64,000 bases of DNA from positions 1 to 64,000 of IMG/VR virus record IMGVR_UViG_3300012931_000759; one strand, given 5' to 3'. How positions within the stretch are numbered: the stretch's first letter is position 1; each line of letters starts with the position of its first letter. A program made the position numbers and the translations under genes. The notes below the pieces were generated by a model. That model did not search any database. It saw only the letters and a list, made by a program, of their open reading frames with translations, and was not told the origin of the DNA. Positions 9,893-20,517 of the stretch are shown piece by piece.

Positions 9893-10501
9893 GTGGTCAA
9901 GACCTTACTACCCCTGATCGCCCTACTGGTCGCCTGTGAATCGCGTCCCCCGATGATTACCCCAACACCCGCCAAGGTTTGTGACAAATGGATGGATTTG
10001 GAGGTAGACAGTCTTTTCACTATCCTGGAGAGGACTGAAATTCTCAAGGCCATCTCGGACTGGAGAGCCGCATCATCTGATCGGATATGTTTCCAGATTA
10101 CCTGGTGGGACACGTCCAAGGACGAAAGAACATTCCGATTCGACGGCAGATTTGTGATCTACAGCTGGCGCAGATCATGGCAAATCAGGGCCGCCACCTC
10201 GATCGACCGGAGCCCATGCCCGACCAGGAACATTTGCCTAGGGGTCACGATCTGGGAGCACGACGTGCGGGCATCGGACGTGTTCGTGTTCACCAAAAAA
10301 CTAGAATACTTGAGAGCCATCGCGACACATGAGTTGGGCCACGTATTCGGTCTGAAGCACACCGGTGTCTACGACAGCATCATGTACGAAACCGTCCGCC
10401 AGGACAAGACCATCGGCGGGATCGACCGCAAGAACCTCGCCTGTCTCCTGAAGACCAGATGGTTCCTCAATCCCAGAAACGACTGCACGTACACCAGGTG
10501 A
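9893..10501 (+). CDS. Matrixin-like zinc metalloprotease, probable lipoprotein
   Basis: HELGHVFGLKH, SIMY Met-turn, LVAC lipobox. Confidence 0.8.
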   Translation: MVKTLLPLIALLVACESRPPMITPTPAKVCDKWMDLEVDSLFTILERTEILKAISDWRAASSDRICFQITWWDTSKDERTFRFDGRFVIYSWRRSWQIRAATSIDRSPCPTRNICLGVTIWEHDVRASDVFVFTKKLEYLRAIATHELGHVFGLKHTGVYDSIMYETVRQDKTIGGIDRKNLACLLKTRWFLNPRNDCTYTR

Positions 10502-10522
10502 GGGAGCGAACTGAATAAGTCC

Positions 10523-11398
10523 CTATGGACAATGAGAGGAAATTCTATGGACGCGAGACAGAAATCTCTCCTTGCCCAGTTTGCCCTTCATAAGGTTACA
10601 AGTCCAGCAGCAAGGGACTACATTCTCGGGCAGATAGCCCCGCGAATTGTCGAGCCGGTCGACGCCTATCATGTGCCCAGGAATATCTGCTGAATCACCA
10701 CAGTAGTGGCATACCTGTGTAACAAGTGCCTCAAACTGTCCTGCGGTAAGGGTGAAATCAAGTTGCCTCTGTTCGGCTCCCCGTTTGTAGACGGCGTACA
10801 TGGCTTCGGGGGATCGTCGGCGTTGACAGGTTGAGCAACGTATGGATCCGTTGGGAAGACGGACATTGGGCACGCTTTCTTCCCCGCAGTCGGAACAGAT
10901 CTCCAAGTGCCTTTTCTTGGAGCACCACGAGCACAGAGCGGTTCCGTCTGGTAGGCGCCTTTCTACAGGTCGCTTACGACCACATTCTGCGCACGGCTCT
11001 GTTCTGCGTTTTCTGCGACAATCGGCGCAGACGGATCCACCATCTGGAAGCCGCACACAGGTAGGTTTGTCTTTGCCGCAATCAACGCAAAGTTCTTTGT
11101 GCTTGTTGTTCCAGTCCTGAACTTTCTGGTTATTACAGGTTTTGCAACTGTAGCACATACCGTCCGAGTTCCGCTTGTGGGGAGAGAAAAATTCCAAAGT
11201 GGCTGGTTTGTCTTTCCCGCAATCTGCGCACCGCTTTGTGCGAGTCGGATCCTCGGCTGGCTGAAAAGTTCTGGCTTTGTTGTAATTGGACTTACACTTT
11301 TTACACATAGCACAGAGCCCATCTCGGGCTCGGCTGTTTCTGTGAAACTCCGTTTCGGACAATTCGTCCTCACAGGCGCAACAACACTTCATTCTCAA
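10523..11398 (-). CDS. HNH-type endonuclease with CxxC zinc-ribbon repeats
   Basis: CHYCG...GVDRLDNSRGYLPENVVPCCWTCNLMK; repeated CxxC...RLPDG...CxxC; antisense to neighbours. Confidence 0.8.
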   Translation of the reverse strand: MRMKCCCACEDELSETEFHRNSRARDGLCAMCKKCKSNYNKARTFQPAEDPTRTKRCADCGKDKPATLEFFSPHKRNSDGMCYSCKTCNNQKVQDWNNKHKELCVDCGKDKPTCVRLPDGGSVCADCRRKRRTEPCAECGRKRPVERRLPDGTALCSWCSKKRHLEICSDCGEESVPNVRLPNGSIRCSTCQRRRSPEAMYAVYKRGAEQRQLDFTLTAGQFEALVTQVCHYCGDSADIPGHMIGVDRLDNSRGYLPENVVPCCWTCNLMKGKLGKERFLSRVHRISSHCP

Positions 11399-11446
11399 GT
11401 CCCCCTTTACCTTAATAATGAATTATTGATAGGAACGGAGCAAAAA

Positions 11447-12598
11447 ATGTGGAGACGGGGAAACGATAGGACTTTTCTAGACCTGTCGAGAATAGATAGG
11501 TCAGAGTTCAAGGTTGTCTCGGAAAACGGTTTTCATCTAGTATATCCCAAAAAGAACAAATGGGACTGGACCCTCGAAGAGCGATGGTTGAGATCGATCA
11601 TAGTGGGTGACGACGGCGCAGTTCTTTCCTGCTCGTGGCCAAAGTTCGGCAACTTTGGAGAGTTTCTCTCCGATACAGACGCCTTGAAAACAGCCCTTGC
11701 CGATGGATCAACTGTCCGATTTACAGCAAAAGAAGACGGAAGTCTTCTAATTCGCAGCGTCGTCAATGGACAGGTCATCATGCGCACGCGTGGTACCCTT
11801 TTCGGCGGCGAGTCGGACGATGGCAGCGAGACCTATGGCGAAAAGTTCCGCCGGGTCGCGGCCGCCAAGTACCCGAAGCTCCTGGATCCGGCATGGATGC
11901 CAGATGTGTCCCTCCTGTTGGAATACATTGCGCCCGACAACGCGGTAGTGGTGCGGTACAAGGATGAGGACCTGATCTTCCTAGGAGGCGTGGAGCATCG
12001 CGGGCCCTCCATAATCCCGTGGCACGACGCCACTATGATCGCTTTTCTCGGCGGCCTACGGCTCGTCGAACTGAAGGAGCTTCCGTCCGATCCGGTGAAG
12101 TTGCTCGAGGAGGTCAAGGAGTGGCGCACGGAGGGCGTGGTGGCGCGGTGCGACGGCGACCAGGTCTTCGTGAAGGTCAAGAGCGCCTGGTACCTCGCCA
12201 ACCATCGCATGAAGTACTCCATGAAGTACAGAACCATCGTGGAGTTCGTAGCCCTGTCTGGCGTGGCGAGCGAGGACGAGCTGGTCGCCAAACTGCGCGA
12301 ATACGACTACGATTTCGAGGTCGTCGAGGGCGGCAGGGAGTTTTACAGGCGGTATGCGGCGGCCCGCTCCGCAGCGCTAGAGTTGCGCGCCAAAGCAGAA
12401 GAACTGTATGCCGGATCAGGCATCGGCATCATGCTGTTTGATACCGAAGCTGCCAGGCGCAAGTACTTCGCGCAGATTGCCTGTGCTCAACAGCCATCCA
12501 TCAAGAGCATGATGTTCGCGCTCTACGACAACAGGACCGAGCGTCTGGATACCGTGGTGCGCAAACTGATCCTCTCTGAGGGCGAAAAACACAAATGA
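11447..12598 (+). CDS. T4 Rnl1-like RNA ligase
   Basis: WPKFGN, KEDGSL, TRGT, LEY, EGVV, VKVKSAWY. Confidence 0.8.
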   Translation: MWRRGNDRTFLDLSRIDRSEFKVVSENGFHLVYPKKNKWDWTLEERWLRSIIVGDDGAVLSCSWPKFGNFGEFLSDTDALKTALADGSTVRFTAKEDGSLLIRSVVNGQVIMRTRGTLFGGESDDGSETYGEKFRRVAAAKYPKLLDPAWMPDVSLLLEYIAPDNAVVVRYKDEDLIFLGGVEHRGPSIIPWHDATMIAFLGGLRLVELKELPSDPVKLLEEVKEWRTEGVVARCDGDQVFVKVKSAWYLANHRMKYSMKYRTIVEFVALSGVASEDELVAKLREYDYDFEVVEGGREFYRRYAAARSAALELRAKAEELYAGSGIGIMLFDTEAARRKYFAQIACAQQPSIKSMMFALYDNRTERLDTVVRKLILSEGEKHK

Positions 12599-13138
12599 TT
12601 CCAAGGGTCGGACAGAAAGTCCAGGTTTCCTCGGAACTGATAGCCTGGGCCAAAGCGACCAACCGTCTTCGGCTCGCGCATCTCGGGGGCGTTGGGACGT
12701 TGTGAAAGAGGCCAAACCGGATCCTCTCCTCGTGAATTTGACAATAGTGATCACCAATTTCGGCAAAGTCGGCACATCCTTGTCCGTTGGGATCGACAAG
12801 GATGGCTGGTAACGTCGGCGAAGGCCACTGATGCTTTTTGTCTGCGAACTGGTCGGAGATCCGTGTCCGAGATGCGGGAGATTTGGCGCCCGCGCCGATG
12901 GCCTGCGTTTGCCGAAACCCCGAATGTGGACAAGGTGTCATCTGGAGGATCTGATGAAGCAATCCCACCACATGCTCTGCGAGGTTGTTCCGCTCAGTGT
13001 GGTAAATCTGCGTCCAGAGGCCATCCGTGATCGTCTACGCGAAGAGGTCCAACTCTACCTACATGGTGGATGGACACTGCGCGCCCAGGCGGTGTACGGT
13101 GATTTCATTTACCTGACTTTCGTGCGGAAAGAGACGCG

Positions 13139-14530
13139 ATGACGAAAACAATCAGTTTTGATTTCGGGACCTACGTGGAAGACAACCGCGCAACCCTGAA
13201 TCGCCGCCTGAAAGATGACGCCCCGGTGGCCGAAACTAGGCGCGCGCGCCGACAGAAGACCAGGAAGACCATTGCGAAGATCGCTACAGTCGCAAGGGAG
13301 GTGCTCGACATCTACACTGCGGTGAAGCGCAAGGATCCGATCTCCGTGGCGCTTGGTGCGCTCTCAGCATACGGCTGCGTCAGCGAGCTGTTCGAGAAGC
13401 CATCGCCGCAGGCCCAGGAGCACCTCAAGTCCATTGGGGCCACCAAGGTCTTCCCCATGATGTGCTCTTTTATCTTCCACACGCTTCAGCAGATGGATAT
13501 ACCAATCAAGCGCGCCTGGAGCTACTCTGATACCAGCGATGATGGGAACGAAACCAAGGAGGGAATCGAGGAGTTCGACCTTGGCGGCGATGTGAAGGTG
13601 TGGTTCATTAACTCGGGATCCGACGACAAGATGGAGGGTCCCGAGCATGGGCCGTATGTGCTCGATCAGGCCGCCTTCACGGCACGCTTATCGTCCGTTC
13701 TCGAAGAGAAGCTTAGCCGCATCATGGCGGTCAACACAATCGTGAAGGGGTGGGAAGACATGTACTATCTCGGCCCCCTGAGGATACCAACATCCCTTTA
13801 TGTCAGTCACATCGACGAGGACGAGCTGATGCGGCGTGTGTTTGAGCTACAGAAGCTCGGTTTTAATCGTTCGGTGCTTTTTTTCGGCCCGCCAGGCATC
13901 GGTAAGACTACCTTGGCTGCCAAACTAGCCGAGCGAATGGATGGCAGGCTGCTTGTGGCATCCTCTGCGATCCTGGATTCTCCGCGCGGGCGAACCATCT
14001 TGGAAGAGCTGACGGATCTGGTCGATCCGGCTGTCATACTGCTCGATGACCTGGACAAGATGTGGCGGCCAAGCGAGATGCTCGAGAGTATGGAGCGCCT
14101 CAATCGCAAAGTTGGAGTGCGCCGCCGCTTGATTATCGGGACTGTGAACACCCTCTCCGAGATCCCCGAGCCTCTGAGGAGGCCAGGACGTTTCGACGAG
14201 ATCGTGGAGTTCCCCCCGCTGACGCTCGAGCAGCGTCACGCCATCCTCGCCGTCTACACCAAGGAGTTCGGCTCCTCACTGACGGAGATACAGCTTGACA
14301 GGCTCGCGAGGGCCTCGAATGACATGACTGGGGCCTACCTGAAGGAGATTGCTATGCGGACCACGGTCGTTCCGTTCGACCTGATGTGTGAGCACATTGC
14401 ACAGATGAAGAGGATCTGTAACATGGTCGATAAGGTTGAGGAGACAAAGAAGGCAGAGAAGGTTCAGAAGCTGACCGAAAACCGCCGCCGCAAGGGCGGA
14501 TCCAAGACCAGACTGACAACACCAAGGTGA
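13139..14530 (+). CDS. AAA+ ATPase
   Basis: GPPGIGKT, ILLDDLD, RRPGRFD, MTGAYL. Confidence 0.85.
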   Translation: MTKTISFDFGTYVEDNRATLNRRLKDDAPVAETRRARRQKTRKTIAKIATVAREVLDIYTAVKRKDPISVALGALSAYGCVSELFEKPSPQAQEHLKSIGATKVFPMMCSFIFHTLQQMDIPIKRAWSYSDTSDDGNETKEGIEEFDLGGDVKVWFINSGSDDKMEGPEHGPYVLDQAAFTARLSSVLEEKLSRIMAVNTIVKGWEDMYYLGPLRIPTSLYVSHIDEDELMRRVFELQKLGFNRSVLFFGPPGIGKTTLAAKLAERMDGRLLVASSAILDSPRGRTILEELTDLVDPAVILLDDLDKMWRPSEMLESMERLNRKVGVRRRLIIGTVNTLSEIPEPLRRPGRFDEIVEFPPLTLEQRHAILAVYTKEFGSSLTEIQLDRLARASNDMTGAYLKEIAMRTTVVPFDLMCEHIAQMKRICNMVDKVEETKKAEKVQKLTENRRRKGGSKTRLTTPR

Positions 14531-14533
14531 ACG

Positions 14534-16852
14534 ATGGAAGTGATTCGACTACCTTTCCTGCCTTTGCGAGGGCAGAACCTCATCATGTTCCCGACGCTGG
14601 GATATCACGTCGACCTCACGCGCCCAGGCTCGCTGTCAACCGTCAGAAAGGCCATCGACACAGGAAAACGCATCGTCATCGGGTTCCATAAAGCTCTCCA
14701 GAAAGGATCCTCCACGAGAAGTACCGTCTCCGACTTCTGGGAGACGGGCTGCGAAGCGGTGATCAAGGACATTTCCGATCAGGGCGACGCTAAGTGCGTT
14801 TTCGTAGAGGGCGTACGACGCGTCAGGATCTGCGCAATCAGGGCCGACAAGGGCCTGTACTCCTGCGATTTCGAGCCAATTGGCGAACTTGAGTTCGAAA
14901 TGACCGACCATCTTGGCGAACTCGCTATGTATCTCCAGAGCTTGGCGCTCGGTCTTGAGAGTACGGCTGCTTTTTCGCCAATGGTTAAACCTAGGACAAG
15001 CGGCGATCTTGGCCGGTTCGTCGACACGATAGCCTTCAAGATCGCATCAACCAGCAAGGAGAGGATCAGACTGCTTCGCGCCACTGATACACGAAAGCGG
15101 ATCGAGATGTTACACATGATCCTAACCCACTTGGTAGAGCGCGAGAACGAGCGTATTGCTGAACAAACTGTCAAGGAGATGGCTGGGCAACAGAGTGGAG
15201 GATCTACGGCCACCATTACTACGAACAGGCCAGAAGCTCCGGTGGATGTTAAGGATTCCGAAGTTAAACGTCTGACTGACCTCGTAGCAGCCGCCGGGAT
15301 GAGCGACGAGGCCAAAGCTATTGCATCGGGTGAACTTCAGCGCCTACAGTTGATGTCCACCAGTTCGTCCGAATACAACGTCACGGTTACTTACCTCGAC
15401 ATCCTGGCCGGGCTGCCATGGTCCAAGATGAGCGAGGACCGGGTCGACATCGAGGAGGCCCGCCGGGTACTCGATGAGGATCATTACGGTCTACAAGAGC
15501 CGAAAGAGCGGATCTTGGAATTCCTGGCCGTGCGAAAGCTGACCGCAAAAAACGGCGGAGCAATCCTGTGCTTCACTGGTCCTCCGGGCGTGGGCAAAAC
15601 CAGCCTCGGGCGGAGCATCGCTAAGGCCACGGGTAGGGTCTTCATCCGCACATCCCTTGGTGGGGTGCGCGACGAGGCTGAGATTCGTGGTCACCGCCGG
15701 ACCTACATCAGCGCGCTGCCTGGACGGATCCTACAGGAGCTGCGCAAGGCCGATGTCAGGAATCCCGTGTTCATGCTGGACGAGATCGACAAGCTTAGCA
15801 AAGATGTCCATGGCGATCCGGCGTCCGCCCTCTTGGAGGCGCTCGACTCCGAACAGAATTTTGCTTTCAAGGATAACTACCTCGGGGCCGGGTTCGACCT
15901 CTCGCAGACCTTCTTTATCGGCACGGCGAACGATGTGTATGGCATGCCACCTGCGCTGCGAGATCGGCTTGAGATCGTGGAGATCCCAGGCTATTCTGCC
16001 ATGGCCAAGTCCCACATCGCTAGGAAGTACCTGATTCCCAAGCAAAAGGAAAAAAACGGCCTGGCGGATCGGGACATTGTCATCCTGGACGAGGCCATCG
16101 ATCACATTATTGGATCCTACACGAGCGAGGCCGGCGTCCGCGTGCTTGAGCGATGCTGCGGATCTATCTTCAGGAAGCTGGCTGTGTATGCCGCCGCAGA
16201 ACGCGATGTACCAAGCACCGTGGACACCAGGATGGTAAAGGAGCTACTTGGACCGCCCAAGCTATTTGTACAGAAAATGGCCGACAAGCCATTGGTTGGA
16301 ACCAGTACCGGCTTGGCATGGTCGGCAGCAGGCGGATCTATCCTATTCGTGGAATCGGCGTTGATTCCAGGCTCTGGCGGCTTAGAGATGACTGGGAACC
16401 TTGGGCAGATCTTACAGGAGTCAGCTCAGGTGGCACACACCTGGATCCTGACCAACGCAAAACGGTTCGGTATGGATACTGGGTCATTGGAGAAGAAGAC
16501 TATCCGTATTCATCTTCCCGCAGGAGCTATCCCGAAGGATGGTCCAAGTGCGGGTCTGGCCATGGTGGTTTCGGTCTTCTCGCTGTTGTTCAATATTCCA
16601 GCAAGGAACGATATCGCTATGACCGGCGAGATTTCCCTACGCGGCAAGGTCATGCCGGTCGGCGGGATCGTGGAAAAACTTCTGGCGGCGCATAGGGCTG
16701 GGATCAGAGAAATTATTCTGCCGAAGGACAATACAGACTCACTGACCGAGGTTCCCGAAGAGGTGGCGCGGGAGATGAGAATTCATCTGGTCGACCAGCT
16801 AGATGAGGTTCTAGATATCGCACTGGTCGAACGCAAGGAAATAGCGACTTGA
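14534..16852 (+). CDS. lon: Lon protease
   Basis: LON N-domain, GPPGVGKTS, GHRRTY, LDEIDK, PKDGPSAG, GGIVEKLLAAHRAG. Confidence 0.97.
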   Translation: MEVIRLPFLPLRGQNLIMFPTLGYHVDLTRPGSLSTVRKAIDTGKRIVIGFHKALQKGSSTRSTVSDFWETGCEAVIKDISDQGDAKCVFVEGVRRVRICAIRADKGLYSCDFEPIGELEFEMTDHLGELAMYLQSLALGLESTAAFSPMVKPRTSGDLGRFVDTIAFKIASTSKERIRLLRATDTRKRIEMLHMILTHLVERENERIAEQTVKEMAGQQSGGSTATITTNRPEAPVDVKDSEVKRLTDLVAAAGMSDEAKAIASGELQRLQLMSTSSSEYNVTVTYLDILAGLPWSKMSEDRVDIEEARRVLDEDHYGLQEPKERILEFLAVRKLTAKNGGAILCFTGPPGVGKTSLGRSIAKATGRVFIRTSLGGVRDEAEIRGHRRTYISALPGRILQELRKADVRNPVFMLDEIDKLSKDVHGDPASALLEALDSEQNFAFKDNYLGAGFDLSQTFFIGTANDVYGMPPALRDRLEIVEIPGYSAMAKSHIARKYLIPKQKEKNGLADRDIVILDEAIDHIIGSYTSEAGVRVLERCCGSIFRKLAVYAAAERDVPSTVDTRMVKELLGPPKLFVQKMADKPLVGTSTGLAWSAAGGSILFVESALIPGSGGLEMTGNLGQILQESAQVAHTWILTNAKRFGMDTGSLEKKTIRIHLPAGAIPKDGPSAGLAMVVSVFSLLFNIPARNDIAMTGEISLRGKVMPVGGIVEKLLAAHRAGIREIILPKDNTDSLTEVPEEVAREMRIHLVDQLDEVLDIALVERKEIAT

Positions 16853-16858
16853 TATTGG

Positions 16859-16900
16859 ATCGCGCGCGTTGATGCAGCGGTTCGATTTCGCGTCGCTTTT
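16859..16900 (+). promoter_or_regulatory. Conserved intergenic motif copy 2
   Basis: ATCGCGCGCGTTGATGCAGCGG...TTTCGCGTCGCTTTT. Confidence 0.65.
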
Positions 16901-16904
16901 ATAC

Positions 16905-17615
16905 ATGGAATCCAATAGTGTTGCCGAAATGCTGAAGCTAATAATGGATTCATCCCCGGCACTGCCGTGTGAATATCCGGATGGCGAAGCGGGGGAATTC
17001 CTCAGGAATCCCACAACACAACCGATGGCGCTGTTATTGGGCACCATAAGCTTGTACGGTTCGGAGGATCCTTGGGCGCTTCCACACGGTATGGCGATCC
17101 GGCTGAATATGAATCGCTTTGATGCCAAGACAGTCGCCGCAGTGGGAGAGCAAAACCTGCGGTTCGCAATCAGTACTAAACCGGCACTACATATCGATCC
17201 ACATAGGATGGGCCGGTGGGCCTGGCAGGCAGCCAGCGTCGTAGTAGGACAGTATGGTGGGGCCAACTGGATATGGAACGATTACCGCACGATTGATGTG
17301 GATCGCCTTATTAGGCGTCTGATAGGGGTGCCAGGGGTAGGTTTTGTCAAGGCCATTATGCTTACGTTCCTACTCCACCGGGACTGGAAGGCTGACATCG
17401 TAGGTTGGGAAAGATTCGAGCCACCGATGGACGCCGGGATGATGTTGGCCGCCAGCCGACTCGGGGTGGTCGGAACCATTGGAGCACCAGATCCGGAGCG
17501 GGTTGTCAGGGCGTATGAGGGTTTACGGTCTGTATCGAAATCATTTTGCGTGAGGAATATGCCGCTTTGCGGCAGATGTCCCCTTTCTGAAAAGTGCCCA
17601 AGACAAGGAGTATAA
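16905..17615 (+). CDS. HhH-GPD / endonuclease III-like protein with 4Fe-4S motif
   Basis: VPGVGFVKA HhH motif; C-x6-C-x2-C-x5-C at the C-terminus. Confidence 0.7.
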   Translation: MESNSVAEMLKLIMDSSPALPCEYPDGEAGEFLRNPTTQPMALLLGTISLYGSEDPWALPHGMAIRLNMNRFDAKTVAAVGEQNLRFAISTKPALHIDPHRMGRWAWQAASVVVGQYGGANWIWNDYRTIDVDRLIRRLIGVPGVGFVKAIMLTFLLHRDWKADIVGWERFEPPMDAGMMLAASRLGVVGTIGAPDPERVVRAYEGLRSVSKSFCVRNMPLCGRCPLSEKCPRQGV

Positions 17616-17621
17616 CTAGAA

Positions 17622-17945
17622 ATGGACAATAGAAACAACAAGCGGCAGGACAGGTATCGTCATGGCCGCAAAAACGAGTTTGGAACGCTTCGGGACGCGC
17701 AGCGCCAGAAGCGCGACCGGCGCGAGCAGGTGAAGCAGCCGCAGCCGCCAAAGGCAGGCGGCGGAGGCGAGAGAACGCGATGTGAACATTGTGGAGGGTC
17801 ACTTAGGACGCGTGGTGCGGTCGGCCATGCTGGCCATTTGCGGTGGAAGTGTCGTAAATGTGGACGCACCATGTGGGTGCGCCCGAATTTTAAGCCCCCT
17901 GTGCCCATCGTTTTAGTGAGCAGGACGGGGCACTTCGGAGGATGA
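17622..17945 (+). CDS. Basic zinc-ribbon protein
   Basis: CEHC...CRKC; Arg/Lys-rich. Confidence 0.55.
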   Translation: MDNRNNKRQDRYRHGRKNEFGTLRDAQRQKRDRREQVKQPQPPKAGGGGERTRCEHCGGSLRTRGAVGHAGHLRWKCRKCGRTMWVRPNFKPPVPIVLVSRTGHFGG

Positions 17946-18138
17946 ATGTTCATCTGTGATGGATGTGGCCACACATCGCGGCCCGGTCAGGAGAGTTGGG
18001 CATGGGTGTCGCGAAGAAGACCGATGTCTTATGGGCTTCTGGACAGAGAGGGTAGGCGGATCGGGACGTCGTCCGGATGGGAAATCGTGCGCGAACTCAG
18101 ACTCTGCGAGAACTGCTACAAAGAAGTTATAAAAAACG

Positions 18139-18507
18139 ATGAACATGGAAGTGAAACAGACAAGACAGATGTGCGACAAACCTAAGCCGGACGAGACGGA
18201 GATTACATGTCGACTGCGAAACCAGGTTTCCGACCTGGAGGCAGCCGTCACTGTAGCTAAGAGGGAAGCTGTACAGCTCTTTCGGGAGCTGGACGCACGA
18301 GCCCGCAAAGCCAAGAACCTGGCTTCGACACTGGATGGCAGTGGAGACGACTGGGCCAGGCGTGTATCGAAACTCATGGATATCCTGGGGTATTGCCGGG
18401 AAACGATGGAGGGCATGAGCGCCATCGGCCTTCTGCGCGAAGCAGGATTCTCCTGGGGTGTCGAGAAGGTCTTCGATGGACCTGAAAACGATCGCGTTCC
18501 TGACTAA
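18139..18507 (+). CDS. Hypothetical coiled-coil protein
   Basis: 122-aa ORF. Confidence 0.5.
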   Translation: MNMEVKQTRQMCDKPKPDETEITCRLRNQVSDLEAAVTVAKREAVQLFRELDARARKAKNLASTLDGSGDDWARRVSKLMDILGYCRETMEGMSAIGLLREAGFSWGVEKVFDGPENDRVPD

Positions 18508-18671
18508 GCTATACATTGTCTTGGCCGTGGCTTTCGGGCTCCTGTCCATCTTTGCTGTGGTAGTTTCCTGGGCAAGGCCTGCCCTGAACATAGCGCTGGC
18601 AAACCTCGTCCTCACTGCCGCAATGGCTGTGATGAACAGTATTTTGCTGGACAGGCTGAAAGGGAAATGAT

Positions 18672-19706
18672 TCAGTGTCTCTTGCGCCATTCTTTTGCGT
18701 AGTGGTTGGCGCACAGTCTGCTCCCACGGGATCTTGCTTGATGTGAGCAGCCAGCGACGGAGCATCTGTTCCAGGCTCTCTCTGGAATTTCGGTCTGCCC
18801 CGTGCGAAGAAGCCTGCCATAGTGTAGAGCACATAGCCCTCGACATCGTTGCGGCGAGGAACAACCTGGAACAGAACAAGGTCGCTTCTGTGTAATCTGG
18901 CGAACAGGCTTCTCTGTTGACCCATGGCGGCGAAGACGCTCGTAGTGCTTCTCGCACCACTGATGGCTTAGGCAGGTAGCCAGGTGGTTACATCCGTCGG
19001 CCTGGCATACGGGTTCGTTTTCGCAGTCGACAACGATGTGCGGGGCAGAGAGAGCAGCCGATTTAAGTGCGCACACCAAGGTGTCTGGTATCTCGCCGAT
19101 CTCCTGGTAGAGGACAAGCCTTGCTCGTCGTTCGACTCGGTATCGCATCATGGGCACATTGTGCTCGGCGCACCACCTGTCCTTTGTGGCGGCGTTCTCC
19201 TGTGTCTTCTCGAAAATCTCGCCGCCATATATAGGTTGGAAGTGGGATGGGCCGTCCACCTCTATGGCACAGATCGGCTCTTGATTATTCCTGACAAGGA
19301 TGTCGATCTCCAGGCGTCCAGGAATGGTTCTCCTGTCGTTGTACAGGACATCCAGGTTTGCTGCTTTCAGGGCCAGATATAGGCGCCTTTGGATACAAGG
19401 CTCGTATTGCTTCTCCGCCTTGTCCTTTCTTGTGCGTTCGGGCACGGGATGGTTCCTTCTGCGTTCTTGAAGACGAGCCCGCAGATAGTGCTTGTGGCAC
19501 AGTCTCTTTGCCTCGACAATCCCATCGCAGGATGGAGAGGAGCATATGTTGTATCCATCGACGACCCTGTTTTCGACCCACCATTTTTTGTAATGCTTCT
19601 TACACATACCCCTTGAGATGGGTTTGCTGTCGCATCCGTGGGTTGAACACTTTGCGACGGTGGACGAGTAGGTGTTTTTCGAGGCGTGGTTTTTGGGGTA
19701 ATTCAT
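18672..19706 (-). CDS. PD-(D/E)xK endonuclease flanked by CxxxxC...CxxHY zinc repeats
   Basis: LEIDILV...IEVDGPSHF...KDRWC; five CxxxxC...CxxHY repeats. Confidence 0.7.
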   Translation of the reverse strand: MNYPKNHASKNTYSSTVAKCSTHGCDSKPISRGMCKKHYKKWWVENRVVDGYNICSSPSCDGIVEAKRLCHKHYLRARLQERRRNHPVPERTRKDKAEKQYEPCIQRRLYLALKAANLDVLYNDRRTIPGRLEIDILVRNNQEPICAIEVDGPSHFQPIYGGEIFEKTQENAATKDRWCAEHNVPMMRYRVERRARLVLYQEIGEIPDTLVCALKSAALSAPHIVVDCENEPVCQADGCNHLATCLSHQWCEKHYERLRRHGSTEKPVRQITQKRPCSVPGCSSPQRCRGLCALHYGRLLRTGQTEIPERAWNRCSVAGCSHQARSRGSRLCANHYAKEWRKRH

Positions 19707-19730
19707 ACTTTTAATGGAGAATATTGATAG

Positions 19731-20516
19731 ATGGATCAGGCAATCGATCTGGCAAAAAGGACGGCGGCAATTTTTTCCTCGTATTCCGAAATGCTTGGAA
19801 CAAAAGAGGAAATCTGTAGCCACAACACCAAGACGGGATTCTCCTTGAATTTCCCGTTGGGCAGGTTTGGGGGATTTGGCACCTGCCTTGGATCCACTGA
19901 GGTTTGTCGGCAGGCATGCTACGGGGCAAGGAAAGGGCGACCGATAACCTGGGAGAACTCGCTCAGGAAACAGATCCGAGTCTACAGATATTTCCTGTCT
20001 GTCCCAGCGGAAGAGATTGCGAACCGCATCCATACGGAATACCAGAAGCACAAGATGACCTTCTTGCGCTGGAACGGAGTCGGTGACCTGTTCCCCGAGT
20101 CAGCAGCCGTGGTGAGAGAACTGACCAGGAAATTTTCCGAAGACATCCTGCTGGTGGTCACAAGGATCCCAGAGATGGTTTCCTTGATCCCGAGGGACGC
20201 CGAAAACCTCTACCTGATGTTCAGCCTTGACGGATCGTCGAGCAGCAGAGTGAAGAAGACGGCTGTCCTCCGGCGCAGGCATCCCCGCCTGTACTTCAGT
20301 TTCCTGCGCCGGTTCGCGGACGAGGACACCCTTGGGGCCAGGATCGTGTTCAACGCGCAGCAGTCCAAGAAGGTGCTGCCGTTCGACGATCCGGTGACGG
20401 TGTGCCCGGTCGACGCCGACAGGATCCCCGTGAAGGGGGCCTGCGCCAGCTGCCGGAAGTGCTTCAACCCCCATGTGCTGGATGGCAGGACGCATCCGGG
20501 GCCGAAGGAGATCTGA
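19731..20516 (+). CDS. Gp88-like (radical-SAM-related) phage protein
   Basis: CLGSTEVCRQACYG, LRWNGVGD, VCP, CASCRKC. Confidence 0.65.
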   Translation: MDQAIDLAKRTAAIFSSYSEMLGTKEEICSHNTKTGFSLNFPLGRFGGFGTCLGSTEVCRQACYGARKGRPITWENSLRKQIRVYRYFLSVPAEEIANRIHTEYQKHKMTFLRWNGVGDLFPESAAVVRELTRKFSEDILLVVTRIPEMVSLIPRDAENLYLMFSLDGSSSSRVKKTAVLRRRHPRLYFSFLRRFADEDTLGARIVFNAQQSKKVLPFDDPVTVCPVDADRIPVKGACASCRKCFNPHVLDGRTHPGPKEI

Positions 20517-20517
20517 C

